Source of the DNA: an uncultured delta proteobacterium
GTDB lineage: Bacteria; Desulfobacterota; Binatia; Bin18
NCBI GenBank assembly: GCA_963733195.1
Contig: CAVTCR010000002.1
Span: 1 to 38,946 of the forward strand
DNA length: 38,946 nucleotides
Direction: 5' to 3'
The position numbers were made by a program, and so were the translations under genes. Positions 1 through 11,549 of this stretch are shown in pieces (positions within the stretch are counted from its first letter, which is position 1; the number at the start of each line of letters is the position of its first letter). Under the pieces are notes generated by a model that was given only the letters and a program-made list of their open reading frames with translations, had not been told where the DNA came from and did no database searches.

Positions 1-54
1 TCAGCCCGTTGTCCGGCAATACTCACAGGAGTAAAACAGCTCCGAGGGTAAGCT

Positions 55-3000
55 ATGACGTTCGATGAGGTGCTAGAACAGGTCCGCGAACTGTTACAGA
101 GCAAAGGCCGCGTAGCCTATCGTGCGCTAAAGCGGCGTTTCGATCTGGATGACGAATATCTGGAGGATCTCAAGAGCGAACTCATCAAAGCCGAACGCGT
201 AGCAGTGGATGAAGATGGTGAGGTGCTGTTTGGGTAGGAAAAGGGATAAATGGAGAAGAGATCAACGTATAGAGTCGGAGGGAAAAGGTCGAGACTCGGA
301 AACCGTTAAGACCCTAGACCTCAGACGCCGGACACCGGACGTCTGCCGCCGAACGTCGCCAACTGACAGTGATGTTCTGTGACGTGGTAGGTTCGACTAC
401 GCTCTCCGAACAACTCGATCCCGAAGAGTATCGTGAGGTGGTGCGGGGCTATCAAGAGACCTGCACGAACGTGATCCGGCGATACGAGGGACATATTGCC
501 CAACATCTCGGGTGACGGTTTGTTAATCTACTTCGGCTATCCCACCGCGCATGAGGATGATGCCGTACGGGCCGTGCGGGCAGGATTAGAAATCATTACG
601 GCGTTGCGCTCGCAGGTCCCCTCTCCTCTTGTAGAACTAGGGAAATCCTCCTTTTTCTTCCTCCTCTCTCAAAGGAGGGGGCAGCAGAGCAACCCGTTCA
701 GGAAAGAGCGCACAGACGGGACAGTCGAAGAAGGCCAACTACAAGTCCGCATCGGCATTCACACAGGGTTAGTCGTCATTGGTGAGATCGGCAGCAGTGA
801 GAAACACGAAATCCTTGCCTTGGGTGAGACACCGAACATTGCCGCGCGCATCCAAGGGCAAGCTCACCCCGATGAAGTGATGATCAGCGCCTCCACCTAT
901 CGATTAGTCGAGGGCTTGTTTGAGTGTGAAGATCGCGGACAACCTGACTCAAAGGGGTAACGACACCGCTGACACTCTATCGCGTAGTGCAGGAGAGCGA
1001 AGCCCAGAGTCGCTTTGATGTGGCGGTCCAGGCCGGACTTACGTCCATAGTGGGTCGGGACGAAGAACTAGCTCTACTCCGACGCCGTGGGAGCAAGCCA
1101 CGATGGTGAAGGCCAAGTGGTGCTGCTCAGCGGCGAGCCTGGTATTGGCAAATCGCGGTTGGTGCAGGAATTCAAGACCAGGTCACGCAAGCGGGAGCCA
1201 TGCGCATTGAGTTTCGCTGTTCCCCCTATCACCAAAACAGTGCGCTGTATCCGATCATCGACCACCTGCAGCGCCTCCTCCAGTTTGCACGGGAAGATTC
1301 TCCGCACAAAGCTGGAGAAACTCCAACACATGCTGAGCCACTATCGCTTCCCGCAGGCGGACACGGTGCCCCTCTTAGCTGCCCTTTTGTCGTTACCTCA
1401 TCCGAAAGCTACCCGCCTATTACCGTCAGCCCCCAGAAGCAGAAGGAGAAGACGCAGGAAGCTTTAGTGGCGTGGCTAATCGAGGAGGCCGAGCAGAACC
1501 AGTCTACAATACCTGGGAAGACCTGCACTGGGCCGACCCCTCAACGTTGGAAATTCTCACGCCTCTCCTTGACCAAGTGCCCACGGCCCGGATGCTCATG
1601 CTGTTGACCTTTCGGCCCGAGTTTACGCCCCCCTGGGCACCCCGGTCGCATGTCAGTCACCTGGTCTTGAGTCGGTTAGGGCGGAAGCAGACCAGTGCCA
1701 TCGTCGAGCAACTCACCGTTGGAAAGTGCTACCGGCGGAAGTCTTACAACAGATTGTGAGTAAGACGGATGGAGTCCCATTGTTCGTGGAGGAACTGACG
1801 AAGATGGTGGTGGAACGCAATGTAGGGGCGTATCTGCAATACGCCCCTACCTGGGCATTCCGGCTACCTTACAGGATGCACTCATGGCCCGACTCGATCG
1901 GCTCGGGACCGCCAAAGAGATAGCGCAACTGGGGCGGTACGTGGGGCGGGAATTATCCTACGAACTATTGAGTGCGTTTCACCGTCAACGAGGAGACGCT
2001 GCAGCAAGGGTTGAGCAGTTAGTCGAGGCGGAGCTGCTCTATCAGCGGGGACTGCCACCGCAGGCGACCTATCTCTTCAAGCATGCGCTAGTGCAGGAGA
2101 CGGCCTATCAATCGCTGCTGAAGAGCAAACGCCAGCAGTATCACCAGCAGATAGCACAGGTGTTGGAGGACGGTTTCCCGAGACCAGCGAGACCCAACCA
2201 GAACTGGTCGCGCATCACTACACCGAGGCGGCCTCATCGGGCAGGCCATTCCTTATTGGCAGCAGGCGGGCCAGAGAGCCATCCAGCGTCGGCCAATGCG
2301 GAAGCGATCGGTCACCTCACCACAGGGCTGGAGTTGCTCAAGAGCTACCTGACACGCCTGAACGGGTCAGCAAGAACTGCTCACTGCAAATCGCCCTCGG
2401 GTCATCTTCATGGCTACCAAGGGCCAAGCCCCCGGAAGTAGGAAGAGCCTATACCCGGGCCCGGGAACTGTGCCAGCAGCTGGGGGAAACCCCCAGCTCT
2501 TCCCCGTGCTGTAGGGACTTACGATGTTTTATTTTCCAGCCGCGGAGAGTTACAGACGGCCAACGAGCTGGCGGAGCGGATCTGACGATGGCCCAGAGCG
2601 TGCACGATCCGGCTTCTCTTATAGAGCCCACATGCCCTGGGATCAACCCTGTGCTTTCTCGGTGAGTTCACCTCTGCCCAAAAGCATTTCGAGCAGGGCA
2701 TTGCCCTCCATGACCCCCAGCAGCACCAGTCCCTAGCCTTTCGTGTATGCATGGACCCCGAGTGTGTGCCGCTCCTATGCAGCTCATGTACCTTTGGTGT
2801 CTGGGCTATCCGGATCAAGCCTTGAAGAGACCACGAGGCACTGACCCTGGCCAGGAGCTGTCTCATCCCCTTAGCTTGGCATTGGCCCTGGACTATTACT
2901 GCTAGGCTCCATCAATTGCGCCGGGAGGCGCAAGCTGACCCAAGAGCGAGCAGAGGCATGTATGCGCTCTGCAGCGAGCAGGGGTTTCCGTTCTGTGGCA

Positions 3001-3553
3001 TGGAATATCCTGCGGGGCTGGGCATTGGTAGAGCAGGGACAGGGAGAAGAAGGGATTGCCCAGATGCACCAGGGTCTGACTGCCTTCCGGGCACGGGGGC
3101 AGGGATAGGACTGCCGCATTACTTGCCCTGCTGGCTGAGGCGTATGGGAAATGGGCGGGTAGAGGAAGGGCTAGCCATGTTGGCCGAGGCACTAGCTCTG
3201 TGCAGAAACTGAGGAGCGTTTCTAGGAGGCGGAACTGTATCGGCTCAAGGGCGAGCTGACAGCTAGTAGACAGTCGGACCAAGTCCAAAGTCCCAGAGTC
3301 CCGAGAGTCCGAAGCGAAGCCGAAGCGTGTTTTCTCAAAGCCATCGAAATTGCGCGCAAACAGCAGTGCGAAGTCGCTGGGAGCTGCGCGCTCGCAACAG
3401 CAAGCACTCGTACGCTCACGTGCCAGCAACAGATGCACGACAAGCTCGGCGAAGCACACACAGATGTTATCCGAGGTCTACAACTGGTTCACCGAAGGCT
3501 TTGATACCAAGGATTTGCAAGAGGCAAAGGCGCTGTTAGAAGAGTTATCGTGA
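55..3553 (+). pseudogene. Class III adenylate/guanylate cyclase - AAA (STAND) ATPase - TPR protein, split by many frameshifts (degraded gene or consensus error)
   Basis: Successive ORF pieces give the family order: N-terminal MTFDEVLEQVRELLQSKGRVAYRALKRRF, cyclase [16 protein letters not shown] / [11 protein letters not shown] / VRIGIHTG / GETPNIAAR, Walker A GEPGIGKS, Walker B EDLHWAD, DGVPLFVEEL, YLFKHAL, C-terminal YNWFTEGFDTKDLQEAKALL. Confidence 0.88.
1822..1850. repeat. GTAG-type REP palindrome inside cyclase gene 1
   Basis: GTAGGGGCGTAT-ctgca-ATACGCCCCTAC, perfect 12-bp inverted repeat. Confidence 0.8.
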
Positions 3554-3630
3554 CAGAGCCAAAGACAACCTCTGACATGCTCGACAGATTAAGGTCTACG
3601 ATACAATTGAGGCAGTGCTCGCGGCGTGGC

Positions 3631-3779
3631 GTAGGGGCGAAGCATTTGCGATGGAGTCGCCCGACTTGTGTCTACTCGGTTGGCAAATGCTTCGCCCCTA
3701 CAGGACTGTACCAATCCGTGTGGTTCGATTTAGATCTTTACACTTGAGGCGAGCGGGCGATCACGAGGATCGCCCCTAC
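3631..3779. repeat. Cluster of GTAG-type REP elements (intergenic)
   Basis: 19-bp perfect inverted repeat GTAGGGGCGAAGCATTTGC (3631-3649) / GCAAATGCTTCGCCCCTAC (3683-3701), plus GGGCGATC-acgag-GATCGCCCCTAC (3755-3779). Confidence 0.85.
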
Positions 3780-3908
3780 ATAAGACGCATAATACTGCAA
3801 ACCGTCTAGATACATCGGGGCATCGGGTCATGATGGAAAGACGTTTAACGACTCCCCTGCTCCACTGCGCTATCTCTGCCTCTTCACAGTGTAAGAAACA
3901 CCGTCACC

Positions 3909-5006
3909 TCAGAACCCATACAGACGATGGACGTTCTCGTAGGTGATCTTGCGTATTACTTCAGCAGGAATCCCAGCGAAGTTCTGCGCAATCACCTCTC
4001 GCGAGCGCGGCCACGTTGAGGCACGATGGGGAAAGTCAGATGCCCACATCAGATTGTTTGCACCGGCGAACTCGTAGGTCATCACCCCTGGTCGATCATC
4101 TTGGAACGTTGCGTACACCTGGCGCTTGAAGTACTCACTCGGTTTCATAGTAATCGGCGTGGGATCCACATAGCGCAAAGTGTCGTAACATCCATCGAGT
4201 CGATACAGATAGTGCGCAATCCAACCGATGTCATTCTCCGCCGAGACCAGTTTCAGCCGCGGAAACCGCTCCAGTACGCCGTTATAGAGAAAGTCGAGCA
4301 ACGAGGTTTGGACTTCATGGATGATCGTCACGGTGGACGCCACGCGCCCTTTGCCCAACTGCACTCCCTTTTTACCAGTCAGGATATGAAGACTCAGAGG
4401 TAAACCAAGATCCTGAGCCGCCGCCCAGAAGGGATCAAAGTGTGAATCACTGTAAGGCACATCTCCTGGAGGTGCAGCGTTAATCATCGCGCCTCGGAGG
4501 CCCTTCTTGGCGATCCGTTGCAATTCGCGTACAGCCTCATCCACATCTTGCAGAGCAATCAACCCCAGCCCGATCAGTCGCTGCGGGGCGTAGCTACTAA
4601 ACTCCGCCACCCAATCATTGTAGGCCCGGAAGCTTGCCCACTGCAGTTCCACATCTTTGAGATGAAAGAGAAACATTCCCAAGGTGGTATAGAGGACCTC
4701 GCCTTCAACTCCATCGATCTCTTGGTCCTTCACGCGTTCGACCGGGTCCCAGCCACTCGGACGTGCGTCCTCGTAGCCAACGCTTTGATTGGCCGCAAGA
4801 TCCTTTGGGTCTTTGCCGGCAGCAAAGCCGCCACCCACCGGAAACGGCGTCAGTCCTTCAGCAACAAATACGCTTCCTTTCTTTCCTTCATAATTGTTGA
4901 TCACCCGCGGCGCACGGTCACGCCACGTACGATCCATACGTTGTGTCCAAAGATCCGCTGGTTCCATGGTATGCGAGTCAGCCGAGAAGATTGGTGCCTG
5001 CGCCAT
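3909..5006 (-). CDS. Amidohydrolase family protein (Amidohydro_2)
   Basis: SADSH metal motif, LSLHI, SAENDIGW, WASDFPH; AAAGGAGG RBS supports ATG at 5006 (MAQAPIFS) rather than 5108. Confidence 0.92.
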   Translation of the reverse strand: MAQAPIFSADSHTMEPADLWTQRMDRTWRDRAPRVINNYEGKKGSVFVAEGLTPFPVGGGFAAGKDPKDLAANQSVGYEDARPSGWDPVERVKDQEIDGVEGEVLYTTLGMFLFHLKDVELQWASFRAYNDWVAEFSSYAPQRLIGLGLIALQDVDEAVRELQRIAKKGLRGAMINAAPPGDVPYSDSHFDPFWAAAQDLGLPLSLHILTGKKGVQLGKGRVASTVTIIHEVQTSLLDFLYNGVLERFPRLKLVSAENDIGWIAHYLYRLDGCYDTLRYVDPTPITMKPSEYFKRQVYATFQDDRPGVMTYEFAGANNLMWASDFPHRASTWPRSREVIAQNFAGIPAEVIRKITYENVHRLYGF

Positions 5007-5042
5007 AATCGTTCCTCCTTTTGGTTCCGCTCTCGTTTCTGC

Positions 5043-5180
5043 CACGATCGAAGATAACCAGATCAGCTGCCTTACCCACCGCGAGCACGCCGCGATCCTG
5101 AATGCCAAAGAAAGCTGCAGGTTCTGACGTCACACGCTGAAGCGCTCGCTCCAGGCTCATGGCTCCTCCTTTTTTCCTCG
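5043..5180 (-). pseudogene. Short remnant of an N-acyl-D-amino-acid deacylase / dihydroorotase-type amidohydrolase C-terminus
   Basis: MSLERALQRVTSEPAAFFGIQDRGVLAVGKAADLVIFD is the typical GxxxxGxxADLVIFD tail motif; the rest of the gene is absent. Confidence 0.7.
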
Positions 5181-5321
5181 CCATACCATCCTTTGCGACG
5201 GTGGCCAAGAGCAGTGAAAACCATTGACAGGACCCACGAAGTACGTAGCATGGCGGCGCATTGTGTGCCCGTCTTCATACGCCGCCAACAAAAAGATGAG
5301 GCACGGTAGGAGGTAAGCGAC

Positions 5322-7406
5322 ATGGGGTATCGGATTGCGATTGATGTCGGTGGTACTTTTACCGATGTCGTCGTTGCTGACGATGCAGGACGCCTAACGA
5401 TTGGGAAGGGGCTCACAACCAGGGAGCGCATCTTCCGGGGTATGGGACAGGGCCTCGCAGTCGTAGCTGAGCAACTTGGCGAGCCAGACGTAAACACGCT
5501 CCTCCGCAAAGCCGACCTTTTTATCTATGGCACAACGACTGCAACCAATGCCGTGATTGAAGGACGAACCGGCAAGACTGCCTTCCTTACCACTGTAGGG
5601 TTTCCTGACATTTTGGTGCTACGGGAAGGTGGCAAAACCAATGCTTATGACTTCACCGTACCGTATCCTGAACCCTATGTCCCACGACGCCTGACGTTTG
5701 AGATTCGCGAGCGCATCAACGCTGAGGGAGAGGTGATGATCCCGCTCGATGAGGCACAGGTACGAAGTATCTTACAGCGCTTTCGCCCGCAGCGAATTGA
5801 GGCCATTGGTGTCTGTCTATTATGGTCGATCGTGAACCCAGTGCACGAACTTGCTCTCGGCAAGCTCATTGAAGAGGAACTACCAGGCATTCCCTACTCA
5901 CTATCCTCACAACTGAACCCCATTATCCGCGAATACCGGCGCGCCTCATCAACAGTCATCGACGCGTCGCTCAAACCGTTGATGCAGCAGCATCTACGCG
6001 AGGTAACCGAAGATGTACGTCATGCAGGATTTAACGGCGAGATTCTTGGCGCAACCTCTTCTGGTGGGGTTATGCGTCTACCTGCACTAGCAGAACGACC
6101 GATCAATAGTGTCCGCTCGGGGCCAGCGCTCGCTCCTGTGGTTGCACGTGCGTATGCCAAAGCCGAACTCGGCGTTATGGACGTCATTACCTGTGATACT
6201 GGTGGAACTAGTTTCGATGTCAGCCTCGTGCGGGACGGGTTGATCAAGTCAACACGGGAAACCTGGCTTGGTGGCCAGTGGGTCGGACATATGACCGGCA
6301 TGTCGTCGGTCGATGTCCGCAGCATCGGCGCCGGTGGTGGGTCGATTGCGTGGATCGACTCCGGGGGCCTGCTACGCGTGGGACCGGAGAGTACTGGAGC
6401 CAACCCGGGGCCAGCGTGCTATAGCCGTGGAGGCACACAACCGACAGTAACCGATGCTGCCTTAGTGCTCGGCTACCTCAACCCGTCGTATTTCCTTGGT
6501 GGTCGTATGCGTTTGGACGTAGAGGCTGCATGCCGTGCGGTAAACACAATCGCCGTACGGCTCGGACAGACAACCGACCAAACCGCTCAAGCCATTTTTA
6601 TCATCGCTAGCGAGGCCATGGTGCAAGCGATCCAGGAAATCACTGTCAACGAAGGCGTCGATCCGCGCGAGACTCTCGTGGTCGCCGGTGGCGGCGCCGG
6701 AGGTTTAAATATGGTCGCGATTGCGCAAGAACTTGGCTGTCGACAATTACTAGTGCCGCGCACCGCTGGAGCACTCAGTGCCTGCGGAGCGCAGTTCTCA
6801 GATATCGTGGCTGAGTTGAGTGTCAGTAGACCTGCAGTGACGAACGCCTTTGCCTATGACCAGGTCAATGCCGCCTTACAATCTCTACAGAACGAAATGG
6901 ACACACTGGAAGCCGAGTTACGGGCATGGGGTATCTCCCACTGTCAGCGTGATTTTTTCGTCGAAGCGCGCTATCCAACGCAAGTGTGGGAACTAGAGGT
7001 CGCGCTCGCACGCGGGCGATTCGATGGACCGGACGATGTGATAGCACTGGCTGAGGGCTTCCACCGGGTGCATGAGCGAGTCTTCGCCGTCAAAGAAGCA
7101 GGAGCTGCAGTTGAGTGCCTGTATTGGAAAGGCCGTCTGACCGGTCTGCTCGATCGTCCACCACTCACAGGGTCACTTACAAACATCACGCCTCGCAGCG
7201 CGCCAGTCCACGCCCACCGCGCCGCCTACTTTGCTGATCGAGGGAAAAGCGACGTTCCTGTATATATGGGATCGACCCTTACGCCTGGCATGGAAATGGA
7301 CGGACCTGCCATTGTCGAGGAACCCACAACGACTATCGTTCTGTACCCGCAGAGTCACGCTAAGGTGACGGCTCTGGGGAATTACCTAGTCAGTATCAGT
7401 CAGTGA
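5322..7406 (+). CDS. hyuA: Hydantoinase A / oxoprolinase family, ATP-binding subunit
   Basis: IDVGGTFTD, DTGGTSFDV, SIGAGGGSIAW, GANPGPACY, TVTDAALVLG; AGGAGGT RBS. Confidence 0.93.
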   Translation: MGYRIAIDVGGTFTDVVVADDAGRLTIGKGLTTRERIFRGMGQGLAVVAEQLGEPDVNTLLRKADLFIYGTTTATNAVIEGRTGKTAFLTTVGFPDILVLREGGKTNAYDFTVPYPEPYVPRRLTFEIRERINAEGEVMIPLDEAQVRSILQRFRPQRIEAIGVCLLWSIVNPVHELALGKLIEEELPGIPYSLSSQLNPIIREYRRASSTVIDASLKPLMQQHLREVTEDVRHAGFNGEILGATSSGGVMRLPALAERPINSVRSGPALAPVVARAYAKAELGVMDVITCDTGGTSFDVSLVRDGLIKSTRETWLGGQWVGHMTGMSSVDVRSIGAGGGSIAWIDSGGLLRVGPESTGANPGPACYSRGGTQPTVTDAALVLGYLNPSYFLGGRMRLDVEAACRAVNTIAVRLGQTTDQTAQAIFIIASEAMVQAIQEITVNEGVDPRETLVVAGGGAGGLNMVAIAQELGCRQLLVPRTAGALSACGAQFSDIVAELSVSRPAVTNAFAYDQVNAALQSLQNEMDTLEAELRAWGISHCQRDFFVEARYPTQVWELEVALARGRFDGPDDVIALAEGFHRVHERVFAVKEAGAAVECLYWKGRLTGLLDRPPLTGSLTNITPRSAPVHAHRAAYFADRGKSDVPVYMGSTLTPGMEMDGPAIVEEPTTTIVLYPQSHAKVTALGNYLVSISQ

Positions 7407-7426
7407 TATCAATGGAGACAGTGAAC

Positions 7427-9246
7427 ATGAGTGTCGAGACACAACAAGTGGGACAAGGAACCCCACACTTGACCCAACGCTGCTGGCGGTATTAGCCAAT
7501 CGCTTCGAGGCGATCGTGCGTGAGATGACACAAACGTTGCTGCGGGCCGGTCGCTCAGCAGCGATCAACATTGGTCGTGACTTTTCTTGTTCGATAACCA
7601 CCAGTGTCACTGGCCAACATGAACTGCTAGCAGCAGCCGAAGGATTACCAGTCCATATCTATGGCTCACACCTGCAAGCCCAAGCGATGGGCGACCTCCA
7701 TCCGGATGTGCGCGAAGGCGATGCCTTTCTCCATAATGACCCCTACTTAGGAAACTCGCACCCAGCAGATCACACGATTCTGGTGCCGCTGTTCTGGGAA
7801 GGGGAACATCTCTTTACCAGTGTAGCGAAAGCGCACTTATCTGATATCGGCAATGCGTTACCGACCTCGTACATGGCGACTGCGCGCGACGTGTACGAAG
7901 AAGGAGCGCTCCTGTTTCCCTGTGTCCGGGTGCAGAAAGACTATCGAGATATTGACGATATCATTCGCATGTGCCGCCGACGCATCCGCGTACCAGAGCA
8001 GTGGTACGGCGATTATCTGGCGATGCTGGGCGCAGCGCGAGTTGGCGAACGTCGTATCAAGGAGTTGTTGCATAAGTATGGGGTCACCACTGTCAAGACA
8101 TTCGTACATGAGTGGCTCGATTACGCCGAACGGCGCATGATCCATGCGATCAAACAACTGCCGAGCGGGACGGTGATCGGCACTGGCAAACACGATCCGT
8201 TTCCTGGGCTACCTGACGGGCTGCCGCTCAAGGCTATTATTTCCATCGACACTGAGAATGGTCGAATTGACGTTGATCTGCGTGACAATCCGGATAACAT
8301 CGATGGTGGCGCTAATTCTTCAGAAGCCGTCGCTGTCTCTGCGGTGATGCAAGGCATTTTCAGCGTGCTCGATCCAGGCGTGCCACACAATGCTGGTAGC
8401 TTTCGGCGCGTGCTCGTCAAATTGCGCGAGGGCTGTGTCGTGGGCATTCCGCGCTTTCCTCACTCATGTTCACTGGCGACAACTAATCCTGCGAATCGAT
8501 TGGTCGGTGTGACGCAGTCTGCCTTTGCAGATCTTGGTGCGGAATGGGGGACGGCTGAAGGAGGGGTGGCACAAAATGGTGGTTATGCGGTGATCTCGGG
8601 GACAGACTCGCGGCGTAACGGAACGCAATATGTCAATCAAATGATCCTTGGCAACAATGGTGGACCAGCGTCGGCTCGGTGCGACGGTTGGGTCACGTAT
8701 GGTATCACCGTCATCTCTGGCCTGCTCTATCGTGACAGTGTTGAGATCGACGAGCAGAAATACCCCTTGGTCATCAAATCACTGAAGCTCGCGCAAGACA
8801 GCGGGGGACCAGGACGTTTTCGTGGCGCGCCGGCCGTTGAGGTGCAGTACGGCCCCAAAGGCGATCCGGTCACTTTCACCTTTCCGATGGAAGGCTACGA
8901 GACCCCAGCCAAAGGTGTGCGGGGAGGCCTGCCTGGCGGCAAAGCAGTGGCGACTAAGATTGATCGTGACGGCAACGAGACGCGGTTGCCGAATATCTTC
9001 GCCGGAGAACTGCAACCCGGCGAATTCCTGCGCGCGCGCGATTGCGGGGGCGGCGGCTACGGTCTGCCTACTGAGCGCGACCCGGAACGTGTCCGCCATG
9101 ATGTGATTGAACACTGGGTCTCGCGTGAACAGGCCCGATCTGTGTACGGCGTCGTTTTCACGGGCAGTGAGGAAGACGATACGCTGGCGGTCGATCCTAC
9201 GGCAACGGTGCAATTGCGGGAACAACTACGGACGGGAAAGTGTTGA
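7427..9246 (+). CDS. hyuB: Hydantoinase B / oxoprolinase family subunit (probable 1-nt frameshift near 5' end)
   Basis: NDPYLGNSHPAD, AKAHLSDIG, DSGGPGRFRG, GGGGYG. The conserved LDPTLLAVLANRF lies upstream of GTG 7516; the RBS-preceded ATG at 7427 is out of frame with it. Confidence 0.9.
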
Positions 9247-9284
9247 GGAACAAACTACTGATTTTCAATATGCCCTAGTCCGTA

Positions 9285-9368
9285 TTTCCATTTTCCCTAT
9301 TCGCTCTTTCGCTTTTTTTCCTCTTTTCCTCTCCGTTTCCCCATTTACCCCTTTCCCCTTTTCACCTA
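9285..9368. repeat. Degenerate pyrimidine-rich ~8-mer tandem repeat (TTTCCCCN-like)
   Basis: ttccattttccctattcgctctttcg...gtttccccatttacccctttccccttttcacct; related stretches at ~237-258 (opposite strand) and ~31228-31255. Confidence 0.6.
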
Positions 9369-9395
9369 GCTTCCGATAACAAAGGAGGCCTTCCA

Positions 9396-9800
9396 ATGAG
9401 CACCAAGCAAGTACTAAGCACGTCATTCTGGTCGCGGCCAGGCCAGTTCGGTCCATGGTCGCAAGCAATTCGCGTCCCAGCGGGTCATGACCTCATTTTC
9501 ACCACTGGCATGACAGCGCGTGACGAACAGGGCAACACCGTCGCACCGGGTGAGCCTAGAGCGCAAGCCAGACGGATTTTTGAGCAGATGCGTGCAATCC
9601 TCGCTGAGGCTGGGGCGACGCTGGATGATGTCGTCCAGATGACCGTTTACGTACATACCATGGACGATGTGCTAGCGATCCAGGAGGTCCGCAACGAGTA
9701 CTGGACCAGCGCACCACCCGTATCGGCAACCGTCCAAGTTGTCCGTTTGGTTTCTGACGCTGTACGACTCGAAGTGCAGGCAGTCGCTGTTGTTCCGTGA
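9396..9800 (+). CDS. RidA / YjgF / UK114 family protein
   Basis: PWSQAIR, AQARRIFEQMRAILAEAGATLDDVV, LEVQAVAV; AAAGGAGG RBS. Confidence 0.9.
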   Translation: MSTKQVLSTSFWSRPGQFGPWSQAIRVPAGHDLIFTTGMTARDEQGNTVAPGEPRAQARRIFEQMRAILAEAGATLDDVVQMTVYVHTMDDVLAIQEVRNEYWTSAPPVSATVQVVRLVSDAVRLEVQAVAVVP

Positions 9801-10059
9801 GCCCTCTGCCCAACCATGAATGGTCGGGCTGTAAACGTTCGCCTAGTACATGCACTTTCGCGAGGGGCAGAGCGAACGAACGGGGAAAGCGAGGGCAGGA
9901 GGAATTACGTTGCAACACTTTTGGTGACTAAAGCGCCTGCTATGGACCAAGTATGGCAAAAGGCAGAGGCCTCGGGTGAACGACTCGTGATCCATGGCCC
10001 GATAGCGACATCACCCGGTCTGTGTGGACCGAGACTATGGCAGTGGGGCGGCGCAACGC

Positions 10060-11549
10060 TCAGGTGCCACAAAACGTTTGATACACGCGCTCACTTGGAG
10101 TGGGTGGATTGCCGTACTCCGCATGTTCGGGCTTCAGGTCAAACGGTGTGGACAGTACCACAAGTAATGTCTCTAGTGGTGTGAAGTCCCCCTGTTTGAC
10201 AGCAGCGTTAATCGCCGCCTCGACCCGATGATTGCGCGGAATGACGGCAGGATTGGTGGCGCGCATCAAAGTGGCGGCTTCATGCGGGGAATGGGATTCT
10301 TGTCCGAGTCGCTTGAGCCAGCGGGTCACCCACGCCTCGTAGCCCGGTGGGGCTGTATCGCCTTTTGCCACAGCGCACAGCAGACGGAAGGTGTTGGTGT
10401 AATCGGCCGCGTGTTCCTGCATCAACGCGAGCAGCGCGTCAATGAGGCTGACGTCTTCGGGCTGCTCGCTTACCAGCCCTAGCTTGCGACGCATGCCCTC
10501 TTGCCAATAACGCTCGAAATGCCCAGGAAACTGATTGATCGTGTCTTCGGCCATCGCGATGGCCTGTTCTTGGTTGTCATCGAGGAGGGGTAGCAGCGTG
10601 TCGGCAAAACGCGCCAGATTCCAGTGCGCGATGCGGGGCTGGTTGCCAAACGCATAGCGGCCATGATGGTCGATCGAACTGAACACGGTCGCGGGGTCAT
10701 ACGTATCCATGAATGCGCACGGGCCATAGTCAATGGTTTCACCCGAAATGGTCATGTTATCGGTATTCATCACTCCGTGAATGAAGCCCACCTGCATCCA
10801 GCGCGCGACCAGCGCGGCTTGTGCCTCACACACCGCGGCAAGCAACCCCAAGTAAGAGTTAGCGGTCGCTTGCAGTGCCGGGTAATGCCGAGCGATGGCG
10901 TAATCCGCCAGGATTTTTACTGCCTCTCTATCACCCTGAGCGGCGAAATACTCAAACGTGCCGACACGAATGTGACTTGCCGCTACGCGGGCTAGCACAG
11001 CCCCTGGCAACGTGGTCTCGCGGAAGACCGGCTCACCCGTGGTGACCACTGCCAACGAACGCGTCGTAGGGATACCAAGCGCATGCATGGCCTCACTGAT
11101 GATATATTCGCGGAGCATAGGGCCAAGGGTTGCTCTCCCATCGCCACGGCGTGAGAATGGGGTCTGGCCAGCACCTTTCAGGTGCAGATCACGCCGCGTG
11201 CCATCGCGGGCAATGATTTCGCCCAGCAAGATCGCCCGCCCATCGCCTAGCTGCGGCACGAAATGGCCGAACTGATGCCCTGCGTAGGCCATCGCCAGCG
11301 GTTCTGCCCAATCAGGCACGTGATTCCCGGACAAGATCGCTGCACCCACCTCACTCTCCAATGCTTGGCCTCCAGCCCCAACTCCTCGGCGAGAGCCGCG
11401 TTAAATTTCACTATGTGTGGGCTGTGTACTGGAGTGGGATTCAGCCGCACATAAAAACGCTGCGGCAGGCGGGCGTAACTGTTATCAAACTGTCTGCCTC
11501 CGAAATCAGAGGTATGAGGGGTCGTGTCGGTCGTTGCTGTTAATGACAT
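10060..11549 (-). CDS. selO: Protein adenylyltransferase SelO / YdiU (one frameshift near 11365)
   Basis: FDNSYARLP N-terminus in one frame; YAGHQFG, GDGRA, LKGAGQTPFSRRGDGRA, HGVMNTDN, DYGP and C-terminal YQTFCGT in the next. Confidence 0.93.

Noticed and set aside
3631-3779. Palindromic repeats as a CRISPR array or integron attC sites
   Set aside because: No identical direct repeats with regular spacers, and no cas or integrase gene; the GTAG ends match REPs.
10060-10075. SelO terminal TGA as selenocysteine
   Set aside because: The protein ends in the usual bacterial TFCGT tail with Cys; the TGA sits at the normal terminus.
11355-11375. Single frameshifts in selO, hyuB, LLM, CoA transferase, aminomethyltransferase, GDSL and HAD genes as programmed frameshifting or true pseudogenes
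   Set aside because: They are scattered 1-nt indels, several in homopolymer runs, with no consistent slippery site or stimulatory structure. The proteins are otherwise intact, so sequencing error is the simpler explanation.
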